Origin: Lama glama
Taxonomy: Eukaryota
Reading direction: 5' to 3'
Length of the DNA stretch: 64,000 nt
NCBI GenBank assembly: GCA_028534125.1
Contig: CM052816.1
Location: forward strand, 53,322,001-53,386,000
Of this stretch, positions 37,457 through 48,113 are shown piece by piece. The position numbers were made by a program, and so were the translations under genes. Under the pieces are notes generated by a model. That model made no database searches, was not told the origin of the DNA, and saw only the letters and a program-made list of their open reading frames with translations. Position 1 is the stretch's first letter; each line of letters starts with the position of its first letter.

Positions 37457-40400
37457 TCTCTTGTTAACTTTTTACCCTCTCTCTTCTGTGGGGCAAGAGT
37501 CTCTTGCTTTCTCTCAGTGAAGATGCCACATCTAGATGTTTAGACTGTCCAGTGTCTCTTATGTAAAGATTCCCATGACTCAATCCCTCTTAGAAGTTAT
37601 TGCCAGGAAAAAGTTTGCCTAACTTAAGAACAACTATGATTCTTTCACCATTATTCATTGTATGTCATTCTTGTCTTGACTCTGGGAAGCCTAGAGCTAA
37701 ATTTAAAGCTTAGCTATGGTAAGCCAGGACCCCAGTAAGAGGACCTCTTATGTTCTTCTGTTATTCTTAATAATAAGTCATTCCAGGGAAGTAGGCAGAA
37801 TACAGGTTATAATCCATAATACTAAATATTTTTATTATCAATAGAAAACAAAATGTATTCTAAATCTAGCACAACGTGAAAATAGGGTGCCCTACAGTTG
37901 CTAGTTTTACAGATACACGTTTGTGTTCTTTCTTTCCAGGAAAAACATTGTAAGAGGAAGTAAAAGAAAAAAACGTTCCTTGTAGGCCAGGTTTTCAGAT
38001 TGGAGGTTAGGTTTTTCAGTCTGGGCCACATTAGGAACAAGTATCCCCTTCACAATGCAAAAAAGGAAGAGCACTGGTGTCCTCAAATTCTCATCCTAGC
38101 ATTGCTATTGAGTATGCTGACTATTTCCCAAATTTCATTGTAAGTACTAGTGAGGGTAAAATAGTAAAACCTTACCTCTTCGAGGTTTTGAATGCAACAC
38201 ATAATTCATAATCAAAAACATAAAGCTCCTGAAAGTGCAAGTCAGGGGCCAGATGCACAGCATTGTTGTTATAAAGGGCTAAAGCGTGCTTTCTCTGGGT
38301 GGTTTTATGCCTGTCATGAATACTGTAAGACAGCTAATCCCCCAAGCTTCTTTGTGTTTTGTGCCTCTTCTGAGAGAGGTGTGTAATCCAGGAAAATGTC
38401 TGCAGGTGAGGATTCAGTGTAAATAAAGATTCAGTGAATTGAATTTGCCAGCTACACGTTATTGAGCAGCTAAGAATGTTGCAGAATTTGCATGCAACTT
38501 ATAAAGTAATATCATAATAAAACATTCTCCCTGTACGGAAATTCCCACCTCACTTCAGGGGTAAGATCAATTGGATGAGGGCCAGATGCATTTGTTTATG
38601 GTATTGGTGACATAATAGGAGGAAATGAATGGAGCACCTTCTTGGGTTGAGTTTTGCCAGAATCACATGGAATCTAGTTTTAGAACTAGAGGCAGGAAAT
38701 TTGACTACTACTTTAAGAGAAGTCAGTGGCAAATTAAAACTACTGTTTCGTTTATAGAAGAAAGGAAGGCCAGGAGGTAGAGACTGTGGTCAGAAGATAA
38801 AAGTGGCCAACAGCCCTCAGTTTTTACCAGAAGAAAGCAAATGCCCAAAGTTCTGTGTAATTTTTTCTCTCATGACTTGGCCAGGGCATATTTTCAGGGC
38901 CCTGTTTCTCCTTGGCTTGAATGTAGGTAGTGTCCTTAGTAGATCCAGGAAGAAAAAGGAAGTCTTTTCTACAGTTCATTGAGATTTTATCAGAAGCCCA
39001 TGGCCCTTTGTGTGTCTGACTTGGTTCTACTGCCTTCCCTTTATGTGGCTATTGGAAAAGTGTCCATGTGCACTTGTAACATTTGTTTTCAATTGGAGAC
39101 ATTTTGTTTTTCTTGTTCAAGAGATAGTTTAGCACCTTGGTAATGGGCTTTCAGAGAAAATAGGGAATATTATAGATTTAATTTTAACTCTTAACTGCCA
39201 GTTGGAAGCAGAAATTGAAATATGGCGTTACTTAGTCCATTGGAGACATTGGTCAGGTCATTCCTATGGCCAGAAGGATGGCTTCTGTCTCACGTATATC
39301 AGAGAGCACTGATTTTAATTGGCAATGCCCTATTAAATCAGTAGAACCCCTCAAATTGCCCTTTTTCAATATGTACTTGTCAAGGAGAATGAATTCCTAG
39401 AATCTCAGATGGCTTCTTCATATATTTAGATCCATGGAATAAAAAGGCAGAACGAAAATTTTTAAGAGCCTGATTTTTCACAGGATTCCAAGTTGGTGAA
39501 CTGTAATTTTGCTACTTTCTTTGAAGAGATTCTCAGCTTAAATTGTTTAATTTTTCATGTAATCTTCAAAGGACATCGATTTCCAAGTTTGTGTCTAGCA
39601 CTGAAATTCTATCATCACAGTTTTAGGAAATATCAGTCTCTCAAAATGGGGGTGGTTTCTTTTGAGACGTAGATTTTTATGAAGATGAATAGACAAATTT
39701 AATCAATGGTCAATGTGCTGATGATCATGAAAATATATCAAATGTATCCGTCATAAGTGCACATTTTATTTACATTCCAAGCAGGTTCACACTCCGAATA
39801 GGATACAAAGTGTTCACACATGAAAGATATATAGCCTTGTTAATGCAAGGTACACCAGGTTGGGTATAATACTCAGAGAACTGAGTGATCTGCACAGGCA
39901 AAGAAGTTGAGAATCACGGCATGTTAGCCAGGCACCACTGTAATTTTACCTTATGACCCTGTGGCTCATAATTATTTTCTTCCAAGGCCCCTTGTCATCT
40001 GATCAAACATTGCAGGTACCCTTTAATTTCTTATAGTTTCCTCCTCGCTTATCTCACAGTAAATGTTTCTCGAATATTTGGCTGAAGCGCATGGTAGAAG
40101 CAGCATTCACAATAACCCGAAGTTCCTGGTATTGTTCTTTCTCCAGCCCTGCCTTTCCAGACAACTTAGCAGGCATTTTCTTCTTGAACTACACCTTTTA
40201 GCATCTCTCTCCTTCTCTGTTCTCCCTCCCCTGCCCATCCCTATTTTCTTGCTTCCTATTAAGCATAGTTTATTTACTCTTCAGATCCAAATTAAATATC
40301 TGGGGATGTGCGCTTTGATTTTAGCCCAAATAGCAACAAACACAGCTCTGGAAACAAAACAAAACAAAACAAAAACCCCTTGAGTTTTAGCTTTCCCAGG

Positions 40401-40624
40401 TGATTCTCCTGTGAATTCACTAACACAAAGTATAAAATGGGTGTAACCCCCCCTTATTTTCATGTCCCAGTAGATATTTACTGTGTCTGACATTGTGAAA
40501 GACCCAAAGAGATAAGGCTCAACTCTAGCCCTCAAAGAGACAAGTGTAGATGAGGCATCGCTTCAAGTTACATACATACGAAGCATAATACAACACCATA
40601 ATACAGTGTATCCTGTGATGCTGT

Positions 40625-40745
40625 GTTCAAGTACCCAGTCCACGAGGGCAGACATTTTTGTGTTTTTCTTTGTTAACTGATGCATTCCCGGTGCCTGAAA
40701 CAGTTTCTGGCATATAATAAGTGCTCAACTTGTGTGGAATGAAGT
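40625..40745 (+). mobile_element. L2 3' end
   Basis: ccacgagggcagacatttttgt...cccggtgcctgaaacagtttctggcatataataagtgctcaa...gaatgaa. Confidence 0.8.
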
Positions 40746-42279
40746 AGAGTCTAAGCATAGAATTAAGTACAATACAGTCTAATCTGTTATGAGCATGTTT
40801 CTATAATGAAAGCATATGTCATAGAGATTAACTCATTCATGATTGACATGGAGGGAAAGGATATTAGTAAAAGGGGGTGGTTGTGCTGGTTTACACGCAG
40901 TTGTTGTCAGTATCTTAATATTTTGCACCCTCAAGTAATAGCAGCTGCAAACAAAACGCTGTGGAATGCCAGGTGTGGAGAACACACATTTCTACACCTG
41001 ATGCCTATTCACCCTATGTTCTTTCTCTTGAATTGGTTTGGCCATGAGCTCTAACTTGGGAGGGGGTGAATTCACCTCTTTTTTGAACATTTTGTGCTTA
41101 TCTTCCTAACTCAGTAGCCTCAAACAAGTCTCCTCCAATCTCTTCACCAGTTACTTCCATCTTTTTATAAAGGTAAAGTCCTATGTTTATATTTACTATA
41201 GTGTTTCTTAGGAATTGAACACAGCTCATAAACTCTGCTGGTGTTTTTTGGAATGGTTACTGTTTTTGTTAGTGTTCTGGTTGCAGTGTTACATAGATTC
41301 TGAGATGTTTGTTCCCAACTCTGTTTCCCACATAAACTCTGATCTGCAGTGTATGATTTCAAAAATGGGAGGGACGCACACATCCTTTTATAGAAGAAAA
41401 GTTGTACTGCAAACTTCATTTTCAACTAAGATAAGTGGGATTTGGCTGAGGGAGAAGATGAAAGGCAGCATTCCAGTTCTGGCAAGAGCATCAGCAACTC
41501 CCACGTGGATACAGTATGGAATCTGGGGTGGGGCGGGGGTCTCCGGTGGGTGAGAGTGCCAGGCTCCAAGGAGTAGGTAGGTGAATGGCTTTGAATAGAA
41601 AGGTTTTGAGGTAGTAATTCAGAATTTTCCGCAGCAAGATGCCTCTGAGAGACTCTAGAACAGGAAGTAGCCTGCCCAAGCGGTGTTCTGGAACCATTTA
41701 TCTGTAGGCGTGTGCAGATGGATGGCAGGGCCAAGAGGGCCAGAGCAGAGAATCAGGGAGGAGGTCACTGAAGCTATGAAGTCCTGAAACAGCAAGAACC
41801 AGAAAGGTGGCAGTAGGTTTGAAAAGAATCAATGAGCGCGGCGACTGACAGTGGAGGAGAGCTGCCCAGAATTGACTGCTGGGGTCTGAGTTCAGGCAAT
41901 CAGTGGATACAGGTGACCTGCACAAGAGGCTGAGACGTTGGGGTCAGGAGCAAGATTGACAGGGGAAAAAAAAAAAAAAAGACAAGAAAGGTTGGCGTGG
42001 CTAAATGCTTCGTCCCGACGTTTGAATCACAAGAAACTTGTCACCTTAACTCGTGGCCATTTGACGCTATGTTCTTTGCTCCCACCCTGGGTGCGGGCAG
42101 TTCGTAAGTCCCTTTTATAGACAAGGATGCCTTTTCAAACTACTGGCTTCGAAATTCACCCTGAAACCGTATTTTGGATTCAGGGGAGGGTATTTCAGGA
42201 CCTCAAGCAATCAATTTACGAATAGTCTTTGTAACTGACTATTCGCAACAGTTTCCTTTCTTAGAGATTCACATGGCAA

Positions 42280-43750
42280 GGAAACTTACTCCCAGAGCCA
42301 CGACTCCAGAGGAGGAAGGCGAGGATGGGGGTCCAGCTACTCGAACCCACCCTCCCGCCTTGGATTCCCCAAGATTAGCGGACGGACGTTCTCGCTCGGG
42401 CCCGGCCTGGGGAACCGTTCCGGGCGCTCTAGGGCCGGCTCTCCGCCGAGAGTCCGGCCTCTCGCCCCCGACTCCGACCTCGCCGTTCCCCGCCTCCCCG
42501 GCCCGGCAGTGCGCGCTCTCTGCGCTCCTGAGACGGTTTCCCGAAACTGCACGGGGAGGTCCCCGGCGCGGCTCCGGGGACCCTCGCAGGACTCCGGGAG
42601 GCGCCGCCGCCACCCGGCGGGCTCAGTGACCGGCTTCCAGGCCCCCGGGCCTCCGCCCCTCCGCTCGGGGATCCCCTTTCGCCCACACCCTCGCGAGCCC
42701 CTCAGAACACTCCCCCGGGAGGCCGGGCCTCGCCCGCCCGCCCTCGCTTCGCCCCGGGCCGCCCGCCTCGCCCCGCCCCGCCCCGCGCGCCGCGCTGGGA
42801 GAGCCCGCGGCCCCGACCCCTCCCCCCGGACGCCGGCCGAGAGCCGGACGCTGCGGCGATGGTGACTGGGCAGCGGCGCGGGGCCGGGTCCTGGGCAGGG
42901 AGGCTCGGCGGCTTCTTTCTCCCTCTGCCCCCGCCCCTCTTTCCCCTCCCAGCGTGCTAGCCCCGGCGGCGGCCGAGGTCGGCGCTCTCGCCTCCTCCTC
43001 CTCTCCCGCCTGGGGACCCCCTCCCCTCCCTCGCCCCCTCCTCTCGCCGTCTCCTCCCCTCTCCCCTCCCTCCTCCTCCTCCTCCTTCCCCGAGCAGCCG
43101 GCGGGACCAGAGAGAGAGAGGGGTGGCTGCGGGGAGGCGTAACGGAAAGCCCCGGCTTGGAGAAGGCTGCGGGCTCGGAGCCGGGGACGCCGAGCCGGGA
43201 CTGGGTGAGTTGGAGTCTCCGGGCCCGCGCGCGCCTGCGGAGCGAGAGCCCGCAGCCCCGGCCAGGTGGGGCGCGGGGCGCGGTGCTCGCGGAGCCGTCG
43301 CGGCCGGCGGAGCCCGGGCTGCATGCGCGGCGGCGGGCGCGGGAACGTCTTCCCGGCGCCCGCGGAGCCCGCGGGGAGGGAGGACCGGGCCGGGGAGGTG
43401 CTGGCGGGATGGTGGGAACGGGAGGGAACGCCGTTTCGGCTCTCGCCGCCGTGGTTGCCCGCAGCAGAAGTGGAAAAAAGTTGTGCCTTAAGCCGCAATT
43501 GGCCGGGAAGCCGGCGGAAGCCCAATCTCTCGCCGCCGCTGGCGGGCTTCGACCGGCGCACGGGTCCTGGGAGCTGCTTGGCGCCGGGCTCGGCGCGCCT
43601 GGTACCGCGCCCGGGGGCCACCCCGTGGTCGCCTCCGCGGGGCCTGGTCTGTGGCGTGTGGGTCATGCCGGCCACAGACGTCAGCTGCTTCTCAGATCTG
43701 GGCTGCATTTTTGTGGGCAGCTCAGGGATTGGGGGTGCGGGCTAGAGGAG
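42280..43750. promoter_or_regulatory. CpG-island promoter
   Basis: About 1.5 kb of very GC-rich, CpG-dense DNA in an otherwise CpG-depleted window. Tandem GC boxes at 42771-42786 (CCCCGCCCCGCCCCGC) and at about 42928-42937. No TATA box seen. Confidence 0.95.
42930..43204 (+). other. LRRC8D: Non-coding first exon (5'UTR) of a + strand gene; tentative identity LRRC8D (VRAC subunit)
   Basis: The segment contains no ATG, follows the GC boxes and ends at the donor TGG|GTGAGT (GT at 43205). The start is approximate. The exon itself is well supported. The gene name rests only on my recollection of LRRC8D structure (non-coding alternative first exons about 1 kb apart, long intron 1, long gene-free upstream region) and is unverified. 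Confidence 0.45.
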
Positions 43751-44199
43751 GAGGTGGTGGGCGTGGAGTAGGAAGACCACATCTGGGCTGGGTGGGTTGA
43801 GCCGATGGGTTTCTGGATGTTTTTAGGCAAAGTTTTGTGTTTGTATCCCCCCCCCTTCATTCAGCGGTTTAGTGTTCTTTGAACTCGGAAGAGCGAGAGG
43901 ATATTCTTCAATCCTGTTCAACTTTTCTATTTCTGAAGGGTCAGGAGTTTTATGAGAGTTGATGTGCGGTTTCATCAATGGGAGTAAATGGGAGTAAAGT
44001 CTCATTCCCCCACTCTCACTCCCACCCCGGCCATTTCCTGTATTTCCCAGTTTCTCTGCTTTGATTGTGTGCGTGCATGTAAGCTGCCATCAGTGACCCA
44101 CATGTAAAAGTAGAACTTCTGTCTGAAATCGCAAAGCGGCCCCTATAGACGGGAGCGTGTTGGAGCCAGAGGGAGGAGAGGTGTGGGCGGGGGTGGGAG

Positions 44200-44320
44200 G
44201 AGGAGCTGTTGGATCCTGGTCCCGAGAGTTAAACCTGAGTAACCCAGTTCCGAGGGAAGTTTCTCGTCTGCACGTTGCTTTTGCTTCACCCACTCGCCTG
44301 GGAGCCGCACCCCGCCAGGT
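44200..44320 (+). other. Candidate alternative non-coding first exon
   Basis: A secondary CpG cluster with a GC box (GGGCGG 44185-44190) ends in overlapping donors CAG|GTGTAA (44319) and GGT|GTAAGC (44321). Confidence 0.4.
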
Positions 44321-45149
44321 GTAAGCAATGATGGATACTGATTTCTTTGGTGTAGCTTTTCCCTGAGTATTCCTGACTTTTTCTACCGGTCCTCTTTTAA
44401 AATGACTTCTTTTCAAATGTAAGAGATGAGGGAGCACAAGCTGGTGGGGAGATTAAATGTTTTAAAGTTAGGGAAAAGAATAAAACCCACGATTCTCACT
44501 TCTTGTTGCTGTCACACTGCAATAGACTTGTTACTAGTCTTTGTCAGAGGTCTGATTCTGATGAAATAACATTAGAGGAGTTTGAGGTTATACCAGGTGA
44601 AACTCTGTTATAATATTTTTCCTAAGTGGTCAGACGGAGGTAAGATAGTGTGGCCTGTTGTGGAGTGTTTGCAAAGGGTGCAGCAAACATTTTATGGCAG
44701 GAAAAGAAGACACTGTTGCAGGAGACGATGGAGGTGGCGAGGGGGAATCATCTGTTTTCAGAGCAGTCCAATTAGGAAGAATAATTGCACTGCAAATATA
44801 ATATTCTTGAATATAATCTAATTTGTCATGATACATGAACCAGTAATTTGTCTATAGGAAGGAAAAGGGATCTTTGTAGATTAGAGCAAAGCAGAGCCTT
44901 CTGGAAAGAGTAATATATGCTGTTCATCCATGCGTCTGGGTTCTGATGTGGACTGATGAATTAAAGACGTTTTACTGCATGTAGTGTTTGGGCGGGGCTG
45001 GAAGGAAAAGTCCATAGTAGGAGAAGATAGAAAACGACTATGTAGAAAAGTACCCATTTTTAAGGAACAGTGTATACAGCCTCTCAACTTCTTCATTGCA
45101 AAGAATCGACAAAGTAGGAGACCAAAATATAGGAGGCCCAAATTGGGAC

Positions 45150-45290
45150 TGTTGAACTTCCCAGAGATGTCACTACCTGAACCTTGGGCAAGTTACTTGA
45201 TTTCTTTCAGCCTTGGTATCTGTGTCTATAAAATGGTGGTAATAAAAGTTCAAGTCAAAGAACCACCTTGAAGTTGAACGATGATTACAT
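45150..45290 (+). mobile_element. MIR (5' part), interrupted by an L1
   Basis: accttgggcaagttacttgatttctttcagccttggtatctgtgtctataaaatggtggtaataa. Confidence 0.75.
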
Positions 45291-45291
45291 G

Positions 45292-45510
45292 CTTTTTTAA
45301 AATTTGAAGTACGGTCAGTTACAATTTGTCAGTTTCTGGTGTACAGCGCAGTGTCCCGCTCATGCATATACATACATATATTTGTTTTCATACTTTTTTC
45401 ATTAAAGGTTATTACAAGATATTGAACATAGTTTCCTGTGCTATACAGAAGAAACTTTTTTTTTAATCCTTTTTTTTTTATATAGCGGCTAATATTTGTA
45501 AATCTCCAAC
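45292..45510 (-). mobile_element. Young camelid-type L1 3' end
   Basis: ttgaagtacggtcagttacaatttgtcagtttctggtgtacagcgcagtgtcc...ggttattacaagatattgaacatagtttcctgtgctatacag. No TSD visible. Confidence 0.88.
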
Positions 45511-46230
45511 AGGGTAGTCCCTCATGCTGAGTAATTGCTCAGAAAATGTTAATGATGGTCGTGAAACATTTCAAATGCCCCAGGAAAGCGTTGCCCTTCA
45601 AAGAGCTGAGCTGCTAGGATAGCTGATTTTAGAGCAACTGCTCGTTTTAGGTTTGCTTCTGGGTTGAGGCTCAGTTGAGGCTGTTCCTGGGCCCCCAGCA
45701 GCACACACCCAGAAACATTTGATCTTTCTAGAACTTGTAGGCTGCGTCTTTTTGGCCCCTTCTGCTCAACTTTTCCTAGGACTCCCGTGGCAGGGGATGT
45801 GCAGTGCAGGCTCCATGTGGATCTGTGGGCCGGAGCTCAGGTGTGGCTTGTGATTCCAGGCTCCGCTGCCCCTTTGCAATGGCAGCTTCTCATGTTCCAG
45901 GGCCCACCAAAGTCAACACCTGTATTTTATTTAAGAAAAAGAATTTGAATGGTGGACATGAGGTCTCTCTTGGAAATTTTAAAAGCAGTGCTTTACTCAA
46001 TGCTGGCTGCACTTAGAAAGATACGAATACTAAGTAAATATCTGATCTCTAGAATTTATTTCAAAAAGCACCTTTAAAATTTGTCTTGGGGTTAATGGTA
46101 CACTGCCCAGTTTTCACTAAGGTTGTCCCTAGTTGCAGAGTGAACAAAAGGCCTTCTCAGCAGAACAGTAGGTTTTGAGCTGGAGAACGATGCTGTATAT
46201 CACTTTCCTACTTTGGGAGGAATGCCCTTT

Positions 46231-46375
46231 GCTCATTCATCCATTCTTTTATCTGATCATTCAGCAAATACCCGTGGAGCCTCTCCCATGGGCCAGGCTC
46301 TGTTCTGGCCTCTGATAACATAGCAAGAACCAAGAGCAGTCCTCTCCACTCCCAGAGCACATGTTCTAGTTGGAG
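46231..46375 (-). mobile_element. L2 3' end
   Basis: tcattcatccattc...cattcagcaaatacccgtggagcctctcccatgggccaggctctgttct...ttctagttgg. Confidence 0.75.
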
Positions 46376-47769
46376 AAGCACATTCTGTGTGGGAAGGACC
46401 TCCATAAACCCGAGAAGCTTTCTGCTTTATTTAGAAGAGCCTGCTCTGGGAAAGCAGCATGCTGGGTGTGCTTCTCATCTACACACCAGCCAGCTTGGCT
46501 GGGGAGGCTGGTCCTCTGGGTCCTCCATAGGGAGAAAGGGGGGCCTGTTTCTTTCTGTGCTTTACGATGAAGTACGTGTCCTGTTTGAGCAGAATGACCA
46601 GCCAGTGTGCCAGGAGAACGAGCAGCAGTTTTCTCAGAAGTGAGGCTTCTTAGCCTTAGACAGGCAAAGGATCAATCAGAGGTCGGCTCTGATCATCAGC
46701 TTTTAAAACCCAGATTGGGTCCAGGGAAGAGTCTGGTCTGGCACTTGAAATATTTGGCTCTGGCTGTGGAAGGCAGGACTGAGAGAGAGTAAAGGGAAGA
46801 GTGGATTTGTGGTTCCTCATATACCTTTAAGTTTTGGGTTTTTTTTTTTTTACTTTTTCATTACTTTTAAGGTTACAGTAATACATGATGCAATAATAAT
46901 GCATACATTTAGAGCCTAGGAGACCTGAAATGGTGTAGGATCAGCAGGGAGTAGTTGTTTGGATTAGAGGCAGGGTTGTGCAAGGAAGTACCTGGGGGTG
47001 TTGGGTCTTGGGTGCTGAGCTGGGGAGTCTGAACTTCATCTCAAAAGCTGTGTGGAAGATGGGGAATTTGCAGCAGGTGACCAACCTGATGATTTGTGCT
47101 TTAGGAAGAACTCTGGCCGCTGGGGGTGGTGGGTGAGTTGGGAGGCTAGTGCAGGAGTCCTGGTGGGACTTGGTGAAGGGGAGTGGAAGAGGCCTGGAGA
47201 GACTGACTGCACTTCCTCGGTCATCTCCCCAGGTGGGCTCTTACCAAGAGGGAGTTCAGGGTGACTGGCGTGGGTCATGACTCTGTGCCCTGAGGTCAGC
47301 AGCTGTGGGGAGGATCCTCAGTGCGGGGAGATGGTGAGGAGTAATGAGTTCAGCTGAATGCAGAACTGAGTTATGAGCCTTCCAGGGAGAGGTGCCCAGC
47401 AGAGAGTCAGACCAACGGGCAGGAAGAGATGGAGATGAAAGATGGAGTTATTTTCAGAGTAGTGGCAAGTGGTTGCCTGGTCTCTCGACTAACTAGAGCT
47501 CACGGTGAGAATAATCTGTGTCCTAGTAACAGAATTTTTCTCTTTCATCCTTTTCAACAGGCCTAATAGGGGATAATGAAGCCCCTGACTTTGGCCTTAA
47601 ATGACCAGACTCTTACTGGTGTTATTTTGCAGAATTGGTGAGATCTGTTTGTGTTATTTTGAACTGAGATAGTTTAGAGGAATGTACATAGAAGGGCTCT
47701 GAACATATTTAAAAGCTAGGATGTATAACTGATGCAGTTGATTCCGCCTGACCCCCAACACACACATAT

Positions 47770-48113
47770 GTCCTAACCAGACTCTGCTCTTCTCCAAATT
47801 CCTCTGTAGGAGCCCCAGTCCCCATTGTGATGGTATTTGGAGGTGGCACCTTTGGGAGGTAATTAGGTTTAGATGAGGTCGTGAGGGTGGGGCCCCCATG
47901 ATGGGATTAGTGTCCCCCTAAGAAGAGGAAGAGACACCAGAGCATGCTCTCTGCTGCAATGAGTCTGTGGCCATCTGCAAGCCAGTAAGAGGGCCCTCAC
48001 CAAGAACCAGACCTGCCAGCACCTTGATCTTGGACTGAAGCCTCCAAAACAGTGAGAAATAAGTGTTTGTTGTTTAATGATACTTTGTTAAAGCAGCCTG
48101 AGCTGACTAATAT
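47770..48113 (+). mobile_element. MaLR LTR (MLT1A/A0-like)
   Basis: tgtgatggtatttggaggtgg...ttaggtttagatgaggtcgtgagggtggggcccccatgatgggattagtg...cagcaccttgatcttggact...gcagcctgagctgactaa. Confidence 0.88.

Noticed and set aside
39560..39920. Possible hAT-Charlie remnant ending aagttgagaatcac
   Set aside because: Only one terminus-like motif is visible. I could not support the boundaries or family by eye.
42623..43708. 361-aa minus-strand ORF and the other overlapping 100-200 aa ORFs in the CpG island
   Set aside because: They are Arg/Pro/Gly/Ala-rich, have no recognisable domain and are open in several frames on both strands. This is expected from stop-codon scarcity in very GC-rich DNA.
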